Below are positions 1 through 10,109 of a DNA stretch of 64,000 bases, piece after piece (position 1 is the first letter of the stretch; each line of letters opens with the position of its first letter). This DNA is from Bacilli bacterium. GTDB taxonomy: Bacteria > Bacillota_I > Bacilli_A > RF39 > UBA660. The stretch is taken from the NCBI GenBank assembly GCA_017433415.1, contig JAFRHI010000005.1:6516-70515 (forward strand), in the 5' to 3' direction. The position numbers and the translations under genes were made by a program. Under the pieces are notes generated by a model, which saw only the letters and a list, made by a program, of their open reading frames with translations, searched no databases and had not been told where the DNA came from.

Positions 1-221
1 ATATCCTCTTTTTGTATAGAAGAAGCTTCACTTGGATGATACCCAATCGTTAAATAAAGATCATTGTATTTAGAAGAAAGAGAAAGCCCTTCAATAATTG
101 AACTCTTATCACAACAAGAAACAATTATCTTATCAATTCCACTCTCTCTATTTTCTTTAATTACTAAATCAATATCATCATAATCATCTTTTGATAAATG
201 ACAATGTGTATCAATAAACAT
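1..221 (-). CDS. tatD: TatD-family metal-dependent hydrolase/DNase, N-terminal 73 codons only (gene continues past the left edge)
   Basis: Not in the ORF track because it is truncated. My translation of the minus strand from ATG at 219-221 gives MFIDTHCHLSKDDYDDIDLVIKENRESGIDKIIVSCCD...LTIGYHPSEA. The DTHCHL and GYHP motifs are TatD hallmarks. It lies directly downstream of metG, as yabD does in B. subtilis. Confidence 0.8.
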   Translation of the reverse strand, partial: MFIDTHCHLSKDDYDDIDLVIKENRESGIDKIIVSCCDKSSIIEGLSLSSKYNDLYLTIGYHPSEASSIQKED

Positions 222-258
222 CTAATCACCTCTAATCTAAAAAGATGCTAAAAGCATC

Positions 259-1797
259 TTACTTAGTATTATCAATTCTCATAAACAATGGACTAGGAGT
301 ACCTAATTCATAATTATTATCTTCTTCAAATGCAAATGATTTAACTGAATTACTCAATTGCTTAAATATCTCCTCACTTGTTTTTGTTAAGAACGGTTCT
401 AATAACACAGCACAAACTCTTATTGATTCTAATAAATTATAGATTACTGTTTCTAATCTATCTTTTTTACTATCATCCTTAGCTAATATCCATGGTGTTG
501 TATCATCAATATATTTATTACTTGCACGTAAAACATTAAATATTTCACTAATTGCATCACTTATCTGCAACTGATCCATTTTTTCAGATACTTTATCATA
601 AAGTCTATTTATATTATGAATAAAAGCATTATCAACATCTTCTTTTACTTTCTTATTGGAAACTTTTCCAGAAAAATATTTATTACCCATAGAAATAGTT
701 CTTTGAACTAAATTACCTAAAATATTAGCTAAATCACCATTAATTCGTTCTATTAATAAATCTCTAGTAAACACTCCATCACTAGCAAAAGGAATTTCAT
801 GAAGGAAATAATATCTAACTGCATCAACACCAAATTCTTTAACTAAATCATCAGCATAAATAACATTCCCACGAGATTTACTCATTTTACCATCATTCAT
901 AATTAACCATGGATGTCCAAAAACTTGCTTTGGAAGTGGTACATTTAAACTCATTAAGAAACAAGGCCAATAAATAGTATGAAATCTAATAATATCTTTT
1001 CCAATTAGATGCAAATCAGCTGGCCATTTATATTTAAATTCGTCAGTTCCGCCATCAATATCATAACCTGGAAAAGTAATATAGTTTGATAAAGCATCAA
1101 GCCATACATAAACAACATGCTTTGGATCAAAATCTACTGGAATTCCCCATTTAAATGATGTTCTTGAAACACATAAATCTTGTAATCCTGGTTTAATAAA
1201 ATTATTAATCATCTCATTTTTACGTGCAACCGGCTGAATAAACTCAGGATGAGATTCAATATATTCTTCTAACTGCTTTTGATATTTACTTAATTTGAAG
1301 AAATAAGCTTCTTCTGATTTTTTCTCAACTGGTCTTCCACATTCAGGACAAACTAATTCCCCATCTTCGTTTTCCACAACTTGTGTTTCTGTCCAGAAAG
1401 CCTCATCTGGAGTACAATACCATCCTTCATATTTACCTAGATAAATATCCCCTTTATCGTACATGTATTTAAAGATATGTTGAACAACTTCTTCATGACG
1501 TTTATCTGTTGTACGAACAAAGCGATCATAACTAGTATTCATAATATCCCATATTTCTTTTATACCAGCTGCTTTTTCATCTACAAACGCTTGAGGATCC
1601 ATACCTGCTTCTCTAGCTTTTATTTCTATTTTTTCTCCATGTTCATCAGTACCAGTTTGAAAATAAACATCATATCCCTGTAATCTCTTAAATCTAGCAA
1701 TAGCATCAGCTAAAACTATTTCATAAGTATTACCTATATGTGGTTTACCAGATGTATAAGCAATTGCTGTTGAAATGTAGTATTTTTCTTTTTCCAT
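259..1797 (-). CDS. metG: methionine--tRNA ligase (short form without C-terminal tRNA-binding appendage)
   Basis: 512-aa ORF with a HIGH-type motif (KPHIGNTYE), a KMSKS motif (GKMSKSRGN) and a CPECG zinc knuckle. It is preceded by a T-box leader. Confidence 0.95.
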   Translation of the reverse strand: MEKEKYYISTAIAYTSGKPHIGNTYEIVLADAIARFKRLQGYDVYFQTGTDEHGEKIEIKAREAGMDPQAFVDEKAAGIKEIWDIMNTSYDRFVRTTDKRHEEVVQHIFKYMYDKGDIYLGKYEGWYCTPDEAFWTETQVVENEDGELVCPECGRPVEKKSEEAYFFKLSKYQKQLEEYIESHPEFIQPVARKNEMINNFIKPGLQDLCVSRTSFKWGIPVDFDPKHVVYVWLDALSNYITFPGYDIDGGTDEFKYKWPADLHLIGKDIIRFHTIYWPCFLMSLNVPLPKQVFGHPWLIMNDGKMSKSRGNVIYADDLVKEFGVDAVRYYFLHEIPFASDGVFTRDLLIERINGDLANILGNLVQRTISMGNKYFSGKVSNKKVKEDVDNAFIHNINRLYDKVSEKMDQLQISDAISEIFNVLRASNKYIDDTTPWILAKDDSKKDRLETVIYNLLESIRVCAVLLEPFLTKTSEEIFKQLSNSVKSFAFEEDNNYELGTPSPLFMRIDNTK

Positions 1798-2040
1798 TTT
1801 TATCCCTCCAAAAAAAAATTATTATAAACATAAGGACGAATTACTCGCGGTACCACCTTATTTTATAATAATCAATATTATACACTTAAATAGTTAACGC
1901 CTATCTACGTTTATACCTACATATCGATATAAAAGTTCCGAAGCCATACTAATATAAGAATTCATACTCTTTTTCACCAACCGAGCTCTCTAAAATGAAC
2001 AACAATATATTAGCTCTCCATCAACACATTTAAAACACGA
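1798..2040 (-). promoter_or_regulatory. T-box riboswitch leader of metG
   Basis: The minus strand shows the T-box core AAGGTGGTACCGCGAG (1844-1860). Stem I elements are GTTGATGGAGAG (2014-2025, GA/K-turn motif) and AGAGAGCTCGGTTGGTGAAAA (AG box plus distal loop, from 1991 downward). Two AUG-purine candidates for a Met specifier lie at 1963-1965 and 1945-1947. A T9 run precedes the GGAGGG RBS, but I could not fold a convincing terminator hairpin by eye. Confidence 0.8.
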
Positions 2041-2075
2041 AGCTATTGTATCATAGCATTTTATAAAAAATCAAC

Positions 2076-2732
2076 CTATTTATCTAAATCATTAAGAATT
2101 CTCGAATTATTTAAAGTAAATTTATATCTTTCATTTTGCTCTTTAATACTATTAATTAACGTAGTATCCTTAACAAGTATCTTAATATCGAAATTTTCAA
2201 GCAATTGCTTTAAATAGTTATTTTTAATATACTTAGTAATTTCATTAATAATTAAATTTTTAATTTTAACATCAATATCTTCACTAAATATACATTCAAG
2301 TTTATTCAATAAACTATCAACTGATTCATCAAATTCTGACTTAAATATTTTCTTTATTTCTCGGTTAATATCTATAAAATCTTTCTTATTTATTTTTATA
2401 ACTTCTTTATCAGTAATCTTTTCTCGCTTTACTATCTCAGTCAATCTTTTAACTCTCAGTTCTTCTATTTCAACACATATTTTAAGAAGATTATTTCTAA
2501 AACCATCTATTTTTTTATCCAATTTAACAGTATTTAAAATAACCTTATTCTTTTTTGCCAATGATAAAAATCTTACTTTAATTAAATCCATTGTTTCAAG
2601 AGGTGGTTTTTTAATTAATATTCTAATATCACCAATTAAAGCAGAAGTATTATTACTTATTATATCCAAAATAGCATTCTTATAATTATTTACATGCTGC
2701 TTTTTCATTTGTTCTAACGCTTTATTTTCCAT
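2076..2732 (-). CDS. hypothetical protein (Lys/Ile/Asn-rich, helical)
   Basis: The ORF track gives 2076-2783. I prefer the internal ATG (MENKALEQMKK...) at 2730-2732, which removes the overlap with mfd. I recognise no motif. Confidence 0.45.
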   Translation of the reverse strand: MENKALEQMKKQHVNNYKNAILDIISNNTSALIGDIRILIKKPPLETMDLIKVRFLSLAKKNKVILNTVKLDKKIDGFRNNLLKICVEIEELRVKRLTEIVKREKITDKEVIKINKKDFIDINREIKKIFKSEFDESVDSLLNKLECIFSEDIDVKIKNLIINEITKYIKNNYLKQLLENFDIKILVKDTTLINSIKEQNERYKFTLNNSRILNDLDK

Positions 2733-2775
2733 AACATACACTCCTAGTATCTTAAATTTAGCAAGCAAAAAAATA

Positions 2776-5700
2776 TTAGTCAATAGAATTTTCTATTTTA
2801 GAAGAAATTTTATTTAATAATTCAACCAAATAATAAATTGGGTGCTTATCTAACTTTATAAGATCTAAAACAATTACCAAATTTGTTCCTCTACTTAAAA
2901 ATCTGAACATATTAGTAATTTTAAAAGCATCCATAAATACTTCTTCTGTATCCATATTTTTAACTGTTTTTTCCGGAAAAATAAGCTCAATTGAATTTTT
3001 TGATTGATTAACATGTGTAATTTCTAATTTAGCAGCAAGCTTCTCAAACCACTCTTCATACATATAAATGATTAAAGACTCATCAAGCACTCCAAATCTA
3101 TCCTCTAATTCTTCTCTTACACTATTAAAAGTTTCTAAACTATCAATTGAATTAATCTTTCTATGTATCTCTATTTTTAAATCTGTATCATCTACATAAT
3201 CGTCTGAAATATGAGTTGAGACGTTCAATAATGGTTTTGTATCTTCTTCATCTAAATTTGAATCAATAGAATTATTATTAATTCTATTTACTTCATCATT
3301 TAACATCTTTAAATATAGATCAATCCCTACACTATCTATAAATCCAGCTTGTTCACTACCTAAAATATCCCCAGCACCACGAATCGATAAATCTCTAGTA
3401 GCAATAGAAAAACCACTACCTAACTCTGTAAATTCTTTTATAACATTAAGCCTTTTCTTTGCTGTTTCAGTCAAGTTTTTAAATGGTTGATACATCAAGT
3501 ATGCATAAGCAAATTTATCACTTCGCCCTACTCTACCTCTTATTTGATATAATTGGCTAAGACCAAATCTATCAGCATCAAGAATTATTATTGTATTAAC
3601 ATTATGAATATCAATTCCTGTTTCAATAATAGTAGTACAAATCAAAACATCAAAACGATAATTAACAAAATCATAAATTGTGTTTTCAAGTTCTATCTTA
3701 CTCATTTGACCATGAGCTATTCCAACTCTAGCATCTGGCACCAAATCTTTTACCCTATTTGCTACTTCATCAATAGATTGAACCCTATTATGAAGAAGAT
3801 AAACCTGACCACCTCTTGATAATTCTTTATAAATTGCATCTTTAAGTATTTGTTTATTTTCTTCTATAACATAGGTTTGAACAGGATATCTATTAATTGG
3901 AGGTGTTTCTATTAAAGATAAACTTCTAATACCAACTAAAGACATTTGTAATGTCCTAGGAATAGGAGTTGCTGTTAAAGTAAGAACATCAACATTTGTT
4001 TTATACTGTTTAATTTTTTCTTTATGAGCAACACCAAATCTTTGCTCTTCATCAATTACTAATAATCCTAAATCTTTCAATTTAACATCATCACTAAGTA
4101 AACGATGCGTACCAAAAACCAAATCTATTGTCCCATTTTCTAAACCAGATAATATTCTTTTTGTCTCCTTTGGAGTCGTAAATCTATTTAATAACCCTAT
4201 ATTAACTGGAAAATTTTTAAATCTAGATAATGCATTTTCATAATGCTGATTTGAAAGTATAGTTGTTGGACATAGGAATAAGACTTGCTTTGAATCGAGT
4301 ATTGCCTTAAATGCCGCAATAAAGGCGACTTCTGTTTTACCAAAACCAACATCACCACACAATAATCTATCCATTGGATTAGGCCGTTCCATATCCTCTT
4401 TTATCTGAACAATTGCTCTTTTTTGATCCACTGTTAACTCATAAGAAAAATCATTTTCAAAATCATTTAACATATCACAATCCTTAGAAAAAGAAAATCC
4501 TTGTCTAGCTTCCCTTTCAGCATATAATTTAATAAGTTTATCAGCCATATCAGTAACTCGAGATTTAACTCTAGCTTTAGTTTTTTGCCATTCTGTACCA
4601 CCAAGTTTATTAATTTTAGGAACAACACCCTCTCTACTAGAAAACTTAGTAAGTAATTCTATCTTTTCTACAGGTATGTATATCTTATCTGTTCCTTGAT
4701 ATAAAACCTCTAAATAATCCTTTATAATCGAATTTAATTCCAATGTTTTAATACCATTATATATACCAATACCATGGACATTATGAACAACATAATCTCC
4801 AACATTTAACTTATTAACATCACTTATAGATGTAGAATACTTATACTTTGTGTTATATTTTTTCTTATGCTCAACACTCTTAAATAATTCAAAAGCCGTT
4901 AATAAAACAAAATCATTATAAATAAATCCTCTATCAACAGCAACATCTACAATATTCACTGTATTCAACTTAATATTATTAAAATCTGTTTTATAGACTT
5001 TCATATTTAAATGCTTCAATATACTCTTTATTTGATATGCTTTCAAACTAATAATAACCGTTTTTTTATTTATAATACAATCGTTAATAAACAAATTAAT
5101 TGCTTCGACATCTTCATTAAAATTATTAATTGTTTTTACATCAAAACTATGTAAATTATTTATATAACTACCTGATTTTAAATTATTTAGTGAAGAATAA
5201 TAAATTGGAAAATCAACTACCAACTTATTAAAATCAAACATATACTCATAATCAAATAATGCATCTTTTTCTTTTTTGTAATCTATAGTCTCTAAAGTTG
5301 TATTTTTATAAGAACTAATTAGTTGATCATAATCTTTAAAAACAGTAAAATGATCACCTAAATAATCACCAATATTAACCACTTTCTCATAAAGCTGAAG
5401 ATACTTTTGTTTACCAAAATGTTCTTCTATTACTTTTTTATCGGTCAAAAATTCAAAAAAAGGCGTAATTTTAATTTGCGAAACACTATTAATAGATTTC
5501 TGAGTCGAAGGATCAAAATAACGAATAGATTCTATTTCATCATCAAAAAATTCAATTCTAATAGGGTTATCATCATCAACAAAAAAAGCATCTATTATAA
5601 ATCCTCTAACAGCAAATTCTCCAGTTTTATTAACTATTGTCGTCCTCGAATAACCCGCAGAAATTAATCTCTCAACCAGTTTACTTGGCGCGACTATATC

Positions 5701-6093
5701 ACCAACTTTTAATTCATAAATAAATTTTTCATAAGTAGATGGTGGTGATAAAAATCTTAAATAACCCATTAAATTTGTAATAATTATTCTACCAGTAAAA
5801 TTAAATGTATTCTTTATTGTCTCCATCCTATTAGCCATTAAATCAAAAGACATAGCTAAAGCTTCACTAGTTAAAAAATCATCCATAGGAAACAAATACA
5901 CATTAGAATTATAAGAACTTAAAGAAGAATATAACTTATTTGCCTCATACAAACTATTAACTACAACTAATATATTTTTATTATTCTTTCGATTTATATA
6001 ATTAATGAACAAACAAAAAAACTCATCGGTCATATTACATATACCCATGCTTTTTTCTATTTTTAAATTAATTAATTCATCAAAAAATTTCAC
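2776..6093 (-). CDS. mfd: transcription-repair coupling factor
   Basis: 1105 aa with SF2 helicase motifs GDVGFGKTEVA, DEEQRFG and RGRVGR. It has a UvrB-homology N-terminal region. The pth-mfd adjacency matches Bacillus. Confidence 0.95.
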   Translation of the reverse strand: MKFFDELINLKIEKSMGICNMTDEFFCLFINYINRKNNKNILVVVNSLYEANKLYSSLSSYNSNVYLFPMDDFLTSEALAMSFDLMANRMETIKNTFNFTGRIIITNLMGYLRFLSPPSTYEKFIYELKVGDIVAPSKLVERLISAGYSRTTIVNKTGEFAVRGFIIDAFFVDDDNPIRIEFFDDEIESIRYFDPSTQKSINSVSQIKITPFFEFLTDKKVIEEHFGKQKYLQLYEKVVNIGDYLGDHFTVFKDYDQLISSYKNTTLETIDYKKEKDALFDYEYMFDFNKLVVDFPIYYSSLNNLKSGSYINNLHSFDVKTINNFNEDVEAINLFINDCIINKKTVIISLKAYQIKSILKHLNMKVYKTDFNNIKLNTVNIVDVAVDRGFIYNDFVLLTAFELFKSVEHKKKYNTKYKYSTSISDVNKLNVGDYVVHNVHGIGIYNGIKTLELNSIIKDYLEVLYQGTDKIYIPVEKIELLTKFSSREGVVPKINKLGGTEWQKTKARVKSRVTDMADKLIKLYAEREARQGFSFSKDCDMLNDFENDFSYELTVDQKRAIVQIKEDMERPNPMDRLLCGDVGFGKTEVAFIAAFKAILDSKQVLFLCPTTILSNQHYENALSRFKNFPVNIGLLNRFTTPKETKRILSGLENGTIDLVFGTHRLLSDDVKLKDLGLLVIDEEQRFGVAHKEKIKQYKTNVDVLTLTATPIPRTLQMSLVGIRSLSLIETPPINRYPVQTYVIEENKQILKDAIYKELSRGGQVYLLHNRVQSIDEVANRVKDLVPDARVGIAHGQMSKIELENTIYDFVNYRFDVLICTTIIETGIDIHNVNTIIILDADRFGLSQLYQIRGRVGRSDKFAYAYLMYQPFKNLTETAKKRLNVIKEFTELGSGFSIATRDLSIRGAGDILGSEQAGFIDSVGIDLYLKMLNDEVNRINNNSIDSNLDEEDTKPLLNVSTHISDDYVDDTDLKIEIHRKINSIDSLETFNSVREELEDRFGVLDESLIIYMYEEWFEKLAAKLEITHVNQSKNSIELIFPEKTVKNMDTEEVFMDAFKITNMFRFLSRGTNLVIVLDLIKLDKHPIYYLVELLNKISSKIENSID

Positions 6094-6097
6094 TAAA

Positions 6098-6667
6098 TCA
6101 CCTGTTCTTTCTATTGTATTTGCTCATTAAATCTGAAAAAGGCAGATGAAAATAATCGTCTATTAATAAACAAAGTTTATCAAATAAATCATTAATCACT
6201 TTTGAATCTTCAACCGACAAATTACCAAGAACATAATCTTTTGTATCAATATCATTATCTTTTGATATTCCAATTTTTAATCTTTTAAAATCATCTGTAT
6301 TTATATTATCAGAAATATTCTTTAAACCATTATGTCCCCCACTAGAACCACAAGATTTTATTTTAAAATTACCAACTTTTAAATCTAAGTCATCACTAAC
6401 AACCAATAAATCTTCTACTGATATATCAAAATATTTCATACACTTATTTACTGAAAACCCAGAAAGATTCATATATGTTTGCGGTTTCAAAAATATTACT
6501 TTTTCCCCATCAATTAAAGTTTGAATATATAATCCATCAAACTTACTTTGCCACTTTTCACTTATACCCTTATATTTAACATAATAATCAATAAAACTAA
6601 AACCAATATTATGTCTAGTGTTTTTATATTTTTTATCAGGATTACCTAATCCAACAATAAGTTTCAT
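6098..6667 (-). CDS. pth: peptidyl-tRNA hydrolase
   Basis: MKLIVGLGNPDKKYKNTRHNIGF is the canonical Pth N-terminus. I moved the start to ATG 6665-6667, which has an AGGAAGTGAT RBS upstream. The ORF-track start lies 9 codons further up. Confidence 0.9.
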   Translation of the reverse strand: MKLIVGLGNPDKKYKNTRHNIGFSFIDYYVKYKGISEKWQSKFDGLYIQTLIDGEKVIFLKPQTYMNLSGFSVNKCMKYFDISVEDLLVVSDDLDLKVGNFKIKSCGSSGGHNGLKNISDNINTDDFKRLKIGISKDNDIDTKDYVLGNLSVEDSKVINDLFDKLCLLIDDYFHLPFSDLMSKYNRKNR

Positions 6668-6671
6668 ATTA

Positions 6672-7511
6672 TCACTTCCTATTATGATATTCATTATAAA
6701 TAACTGATTTAGCTACATTTCTTTCCTTAGCCACAAGTTTGATAGCATCCATCTCATTAATACCATCAGCAAGAAAAATTTTTACATGCTCAACAATATC
6801 TAAATCACTATAATCAACCTGTTCTTTATTTCCCTCTACGACTATTACAAATTCACCTTTCATACTAGATACTAATGGCAATATATTACTAATTCTATCT
6901 CTACAAACTTCTTCATGAATTTTTGATAATTCTCGACAGATAGCAATTTGCCTATCACCAAAAACTTCAAGCATATTTTTTAATGTCATCTCAATTCTAT
7001 GAACCGATTCATAAAAAATAATTGAATATTTTAATCTTTCTAAACTTCTTAATTCTGTTAGTTGTCTACTTTTTTTTGAATTTAAAAAACCATAAAACAA
7101 GAAAGGTGAAGGATCAATTCCTGATATAGTTAACGCCGGAACAAAAGCAGTAGCACCAGGTAAACTTACCACATTAAATCCAGCTGCTATTACAGTTTTG
7201 ACAATTATATATCCAGGATCACTAATAATTGGTGTACCTTGATCAGTAACTAAACCTATATTTTTACCTTCTTTAAGCATTTCTACAACAGAACCAGAAA
7301 TTTTTTCTTCATTAAATTCATGACAACTAATTAATTTTTTCTTAATGTCATATTGCCTTAATAAAATGCCTGTATCCCTTGTATCTTCGCATAAAACAAC
7401 ATCTACCATTTTCAATGTATTAAGAGATCTAATAGTTATATCTTCTAAATTTCCAATAGGCGTTGGAATAAGATATAAAGCCTTTTGTCCATCATAACTT
7501 TTTTGTATCAT
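6672..7511 (-). CDS. rsmI: 16S rRNA (cytidine1402-2'-O)-methyltransferase
   Basis: 279 aa with a tetrapyrrole-methylase-fold N-terminus, LYLIPTPIGNLEDIT, typical of RsmI/YabC. Confidence 0.9.
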   Translation of the reverse strand: MIQKSYDGQKALYLIPTPIGNLEDITIRSLNTLKMVDVVLCEDTRDTGILLRQYDIKKKLISCHEFNEEKISGSVVEMLKEGKNIGLVTDQGTPIISDPGYIIVKTVIAAGFNVVSLPGATAFVPALTISGIDPSPFLFYGFLNSKKSRQLTELRSLERLKYSIIFYESVHRIEMTLKNMLEVFGDRQIAICRELSKIHEEVCRDRISNILPLVSSMKGEFVIVVEGNKEQVDYSDLDIVEHVKIFLADGINEMDAIKLVAKERNVAKSVIYNEYHNRK

Positions 7512-8236
7512 ACCCTCACCTCTTCTTGAAGCAATTTATATTCATCAGTGATACTACCATCTTTATTATATAAAATCAAAGGTTTTTCTATTTTTAGACC
7601 AGTCTTACCACATTTTTGTCCTTCAATAAGCACCAAAAAAGATTCTTTTTCAATAGTTTCATATATAAATTTAATTTTCTTTGGTTCAATATTATTTTTC
7701 TTTAACTCTATCAAAATATCCATTAACCTATCACTACGATGAATTAAGCAAAAATTACCATGATCCTTTAAAATTTTTTTTGCACATGCACAAAGATCAC
7801 TTAAAGTAATAAACACTTCATGTCTAGCAACCATTTTCTCATAAGAAATATTAAATTGAGTTCCTTCAGTAACTTTAAAATAAGGTGGATTACATAGCAC
7901 CAAATCAAAACTATCACTATTTTTCTTAGAAAAATCTTTTATATCCTCACAAAATATTTCTATTTGATTATCAAGATTATTATAACTAACAGAATCTTTT
8001 GCTAACTTAGCAATTTTTTCCTGTAATTCTACACCAATAATTTTATTAGATGTTCGCCTACTTAAAATAAGAGGAACAACTCCATTACCAGTACAAAAAT
8101 CAACAATAGATCGATCTCTTAACCTTATTGTTGCATAATTTGCTAAAACTATACTATCCAAAGAAAAAGAAAAATAAGAAGAGTTTTGATAAATCTTTAA
8201 GTTTTTATATCCTAATACATCATCAATCCTATCCAT
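7508..8236 (-). CDS. SAM-dependent N6-adenine methyltransferase, YabB/TrmN6-like
   Basis: 242 aa with motif I DFCTGNG and motif IV CNPPYF. It occupies the same position as B. subtilis yabB, between ricT and rsmI. Confidence 0.7.
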   Translation of the reverse strand: MDRIDDVLGYKNLKIYQNSSYFSFSLDSIVLANYATIRLRDRSIVDFCTGNGVVPLILSRRTSNKIIGVELQEKIAKLAKDSVSYNNLDNQIEIFCEDIKDFSKKNSDSFDLVLCNPPYFKVTEGTQFNISYEKMVARHEVFITLSDLCACAKKILKDHGNFCLIHRSDRLMDILIELKKNNIEPKKIKFIYETIEKESFLVLIEGQKCGKTGLKIEKPLILYNKDGSITDEYKLLQEEVRV

Positions 8237-9021
8237 TATTCATCATCCTTAGAAAACTCAACAATACCTTTTTCCTTTAAATCAACAGAATAAGTTTTTT
8301 TGAATATATCAACAGAAACAACCTTTCCCATACCAAGTGGTGTTTCTGTAACTAATCCTACCTTTGGTAAATCCTTTTTCATCTCAGTATAATTATCATT
8401 TTCATAAGCAAGACAACATAACAACCTGCCACAAATACCATTAATTTTTGTTGGATTCAAAGCCAACATTTGATTCTTAGCCATATTTATAGAAACACTA
8501 TTAAAATCTGTTAGAAAAGAATTACAACATAAAAACAAACCACAAGGACCTAATCCACCTATTCTTTTTGATTTATCTCTAACCCCTACCTGTCTTAATT
8601 CAATCCTTGTTTTATATTTAGATGCAAGTTTTTTAGCCAACTCTCTAAAATCAACTCTATTATCAGAAAGAAATAGAAAAACCAATTGTGAACAATCCAA
8701 AGAATAAAATGCATCTATAAAATTCATTTCCAAATCTAAACTTTTACTTATTTTTTTAGCATCATTCAATGCTTTAATTGCGGCCTTTTGATTTTTATTT
8801 TCAGTTTCTAAATCCTTATCAGAAGCCATTCTTATAATTTTATTAAGTGGCAAATCCAAATTTTCTGCTTTTTCTTCATAAATTTCTTTGCAAACACGAC
8901 CAATTAATAAACCATTATCAGAATCAAAAACAACCAAATCATTTTTTTTCGGTGTTAGACCATTAGGTGATAAATAATATATATTATTAGTTTTTTCATC
9001 ACTTATAACCACTACTTCCAT
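8236..9021 (-). CDS. ricT: PSP1-domain protein RicT/YaaT
   Basis: 261 aa with the PSP1 C-terminal domain and Cys clusters (GPCGLFLCC, CGRLLCCL). It follows holB, as yaaT does. Confidence 0.85.
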   Translation of the reverse strand: MEVVVISDEKTNNIYYLSPNGLTPKKNDLVVFDSDNGLLIGRVCKEIYEEKAENLDLPLNKIIRMASDKDLETENKNQKAAIKALNDAKKISKSLDLEMNFIDAFYSLDCSQLVFLFLSDNRVDFRELAKKLASKYKTRIELRQVGVRDKSKRIGGLGPCGLFLCCNSFLTDFNSVSINMAKNQMLALNPTKINGICGRLLCCLAYENDNYTEMKKDLPKVGLVTETPLGMGKVVSVDIFKKTYSVDLKEKGIVEFSKDDE

Positions 9022-9025
9022 TAAA

Positions 9026-9880
9026 CTAACCTCCTATAGAAAATCTAGAGAAAAGGCAATCAAGCCACAATTTGTAATTAACATTATAATCTATTCTAGT
9101 AATTTCCTGTTCTAAAATAGAAATATTTCTAATTAAAATTTTCTCATCGATATTATTAAACAATTCAAATATTTTTTTATCAACAAATATGTTTTTTCCA
9201 CAATGCTTTTGATTTAAATAATTAACAATTAGCTTTTCAATAATAATAAATTTTTCTTTCAATTCATTTTTATCTCTAATAATATCATTTATAAAATAAT
9301 TATATTTTTTATAAAAAATTACTGGATCTAACATAGCTTTTAACAACTCAATTATATCATCATCACAACTAACATCAAAAAAAGAATCGCGCAAATTTAA
9401 TATTTGACAACGAGATAAGATTGTCTCTAATACTTTAAATCTATTTTCAGTAAGCAAAAATGCTATTATATCATCCTCTGGTTCTTCTAAAAACTTTAAA
9501 ATAGTATTAGCAGATGAAGAATTTAATTTTTCACAATGCATTATTATATATATTCGTTTATTACCAAGAAGAGATTTATTAACAAATTCCTTTTGTAAAT
9601 CCAATAATTGCCCCTTTTTTATAAAATTACCATCTGGTTCTATTACCATAATATCAGGATAATTACCACTATCAATTAAATTAATTATTTGATTATTTAA
9701 AGATTTAAGTTCTTCATAAGAAACATTACATAAAATCATTTTAATAAAATCATAAATAAACAATAAATCTTCATCATAATTTTCTATTTCAATCAAATAG
9801 CTATGTGAAACACGCTTATTTTCAATTATTTTATTAATATAGTCAATATAATTTTTTTTAACAATAGATAATTCCTTCAT
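9026..9880 (-). CDS. holB: DNA polymerase III subunit delta'
   Basis: 284 aa with clamp-loader motifs SHSYLI, LKFLEEP and SRCQ. Synteny with ricT supports the call. Confidence 0.8.
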   Translation of the reverse strand: MKELSIVKKNYIDYINKIIENKRVSHSYLIEIENYDEDLLFIYDFIKMILCNVSYEELKSLNNQIINLIDSGNYPDIMVIEPDGNFIKKGQLLDLQKEFVNKSLLGNKRIYIIMHCEKLNSSSANTILKFLEEPEDDIIAFLLTENRFKVLETILSRCQILNLRDSFFDVSCDDDIIELLKAMLDPVIFYKKYNYFINDIIRDKNELKEKFIIIEKLIVNYLNQKHCGKNIFVDKKIFELFNNIDEKILIRNISILEQEITRIDYNVNYKLWLDCLFSRFSIGG

Positions 9881-9886
9881 AATTCC

Positions 9887-10084
9887 TCACAATATTAAAT
9901 ATTTGAATAAAACCAATACAAACAATCCAATGGACCCAAATAAAGAAACAAAAGATAAACTTATTATATTTATTGGTAGCATTAAAGAAAAATTAACAGA
10001 TATTAAGTTATATCCATAAATCAAAAATGCTGAACAAATAATTCTTTTAATAATATTTTTAAATAATTTAATAACTATCACCAA
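9887..10084 (-). CDS. small two-TM membrane protein, BofA-like
   Basis: 65 aa. The C-terminal LPINIISLSFVSLFGSIGLFVLVLFKYLIL resembles B. subtilis BofA, recalled from memory as VPINLVTTAISGILGIPGIAALVVIKQFII. It also sits downstream of recR, where bofA lies in Bacillus. Confidence 0.5.
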   Translation of the reverse strand: MVIVIKLFKNIIKRIICSAFLIYGYNLISVNFSLMLPINIISLSFVSLFGSIGLFVLVLFKYLIL

Positions 10085-10109
10085 TAAAATATATTAAAAA
10101 CAAAAAATA

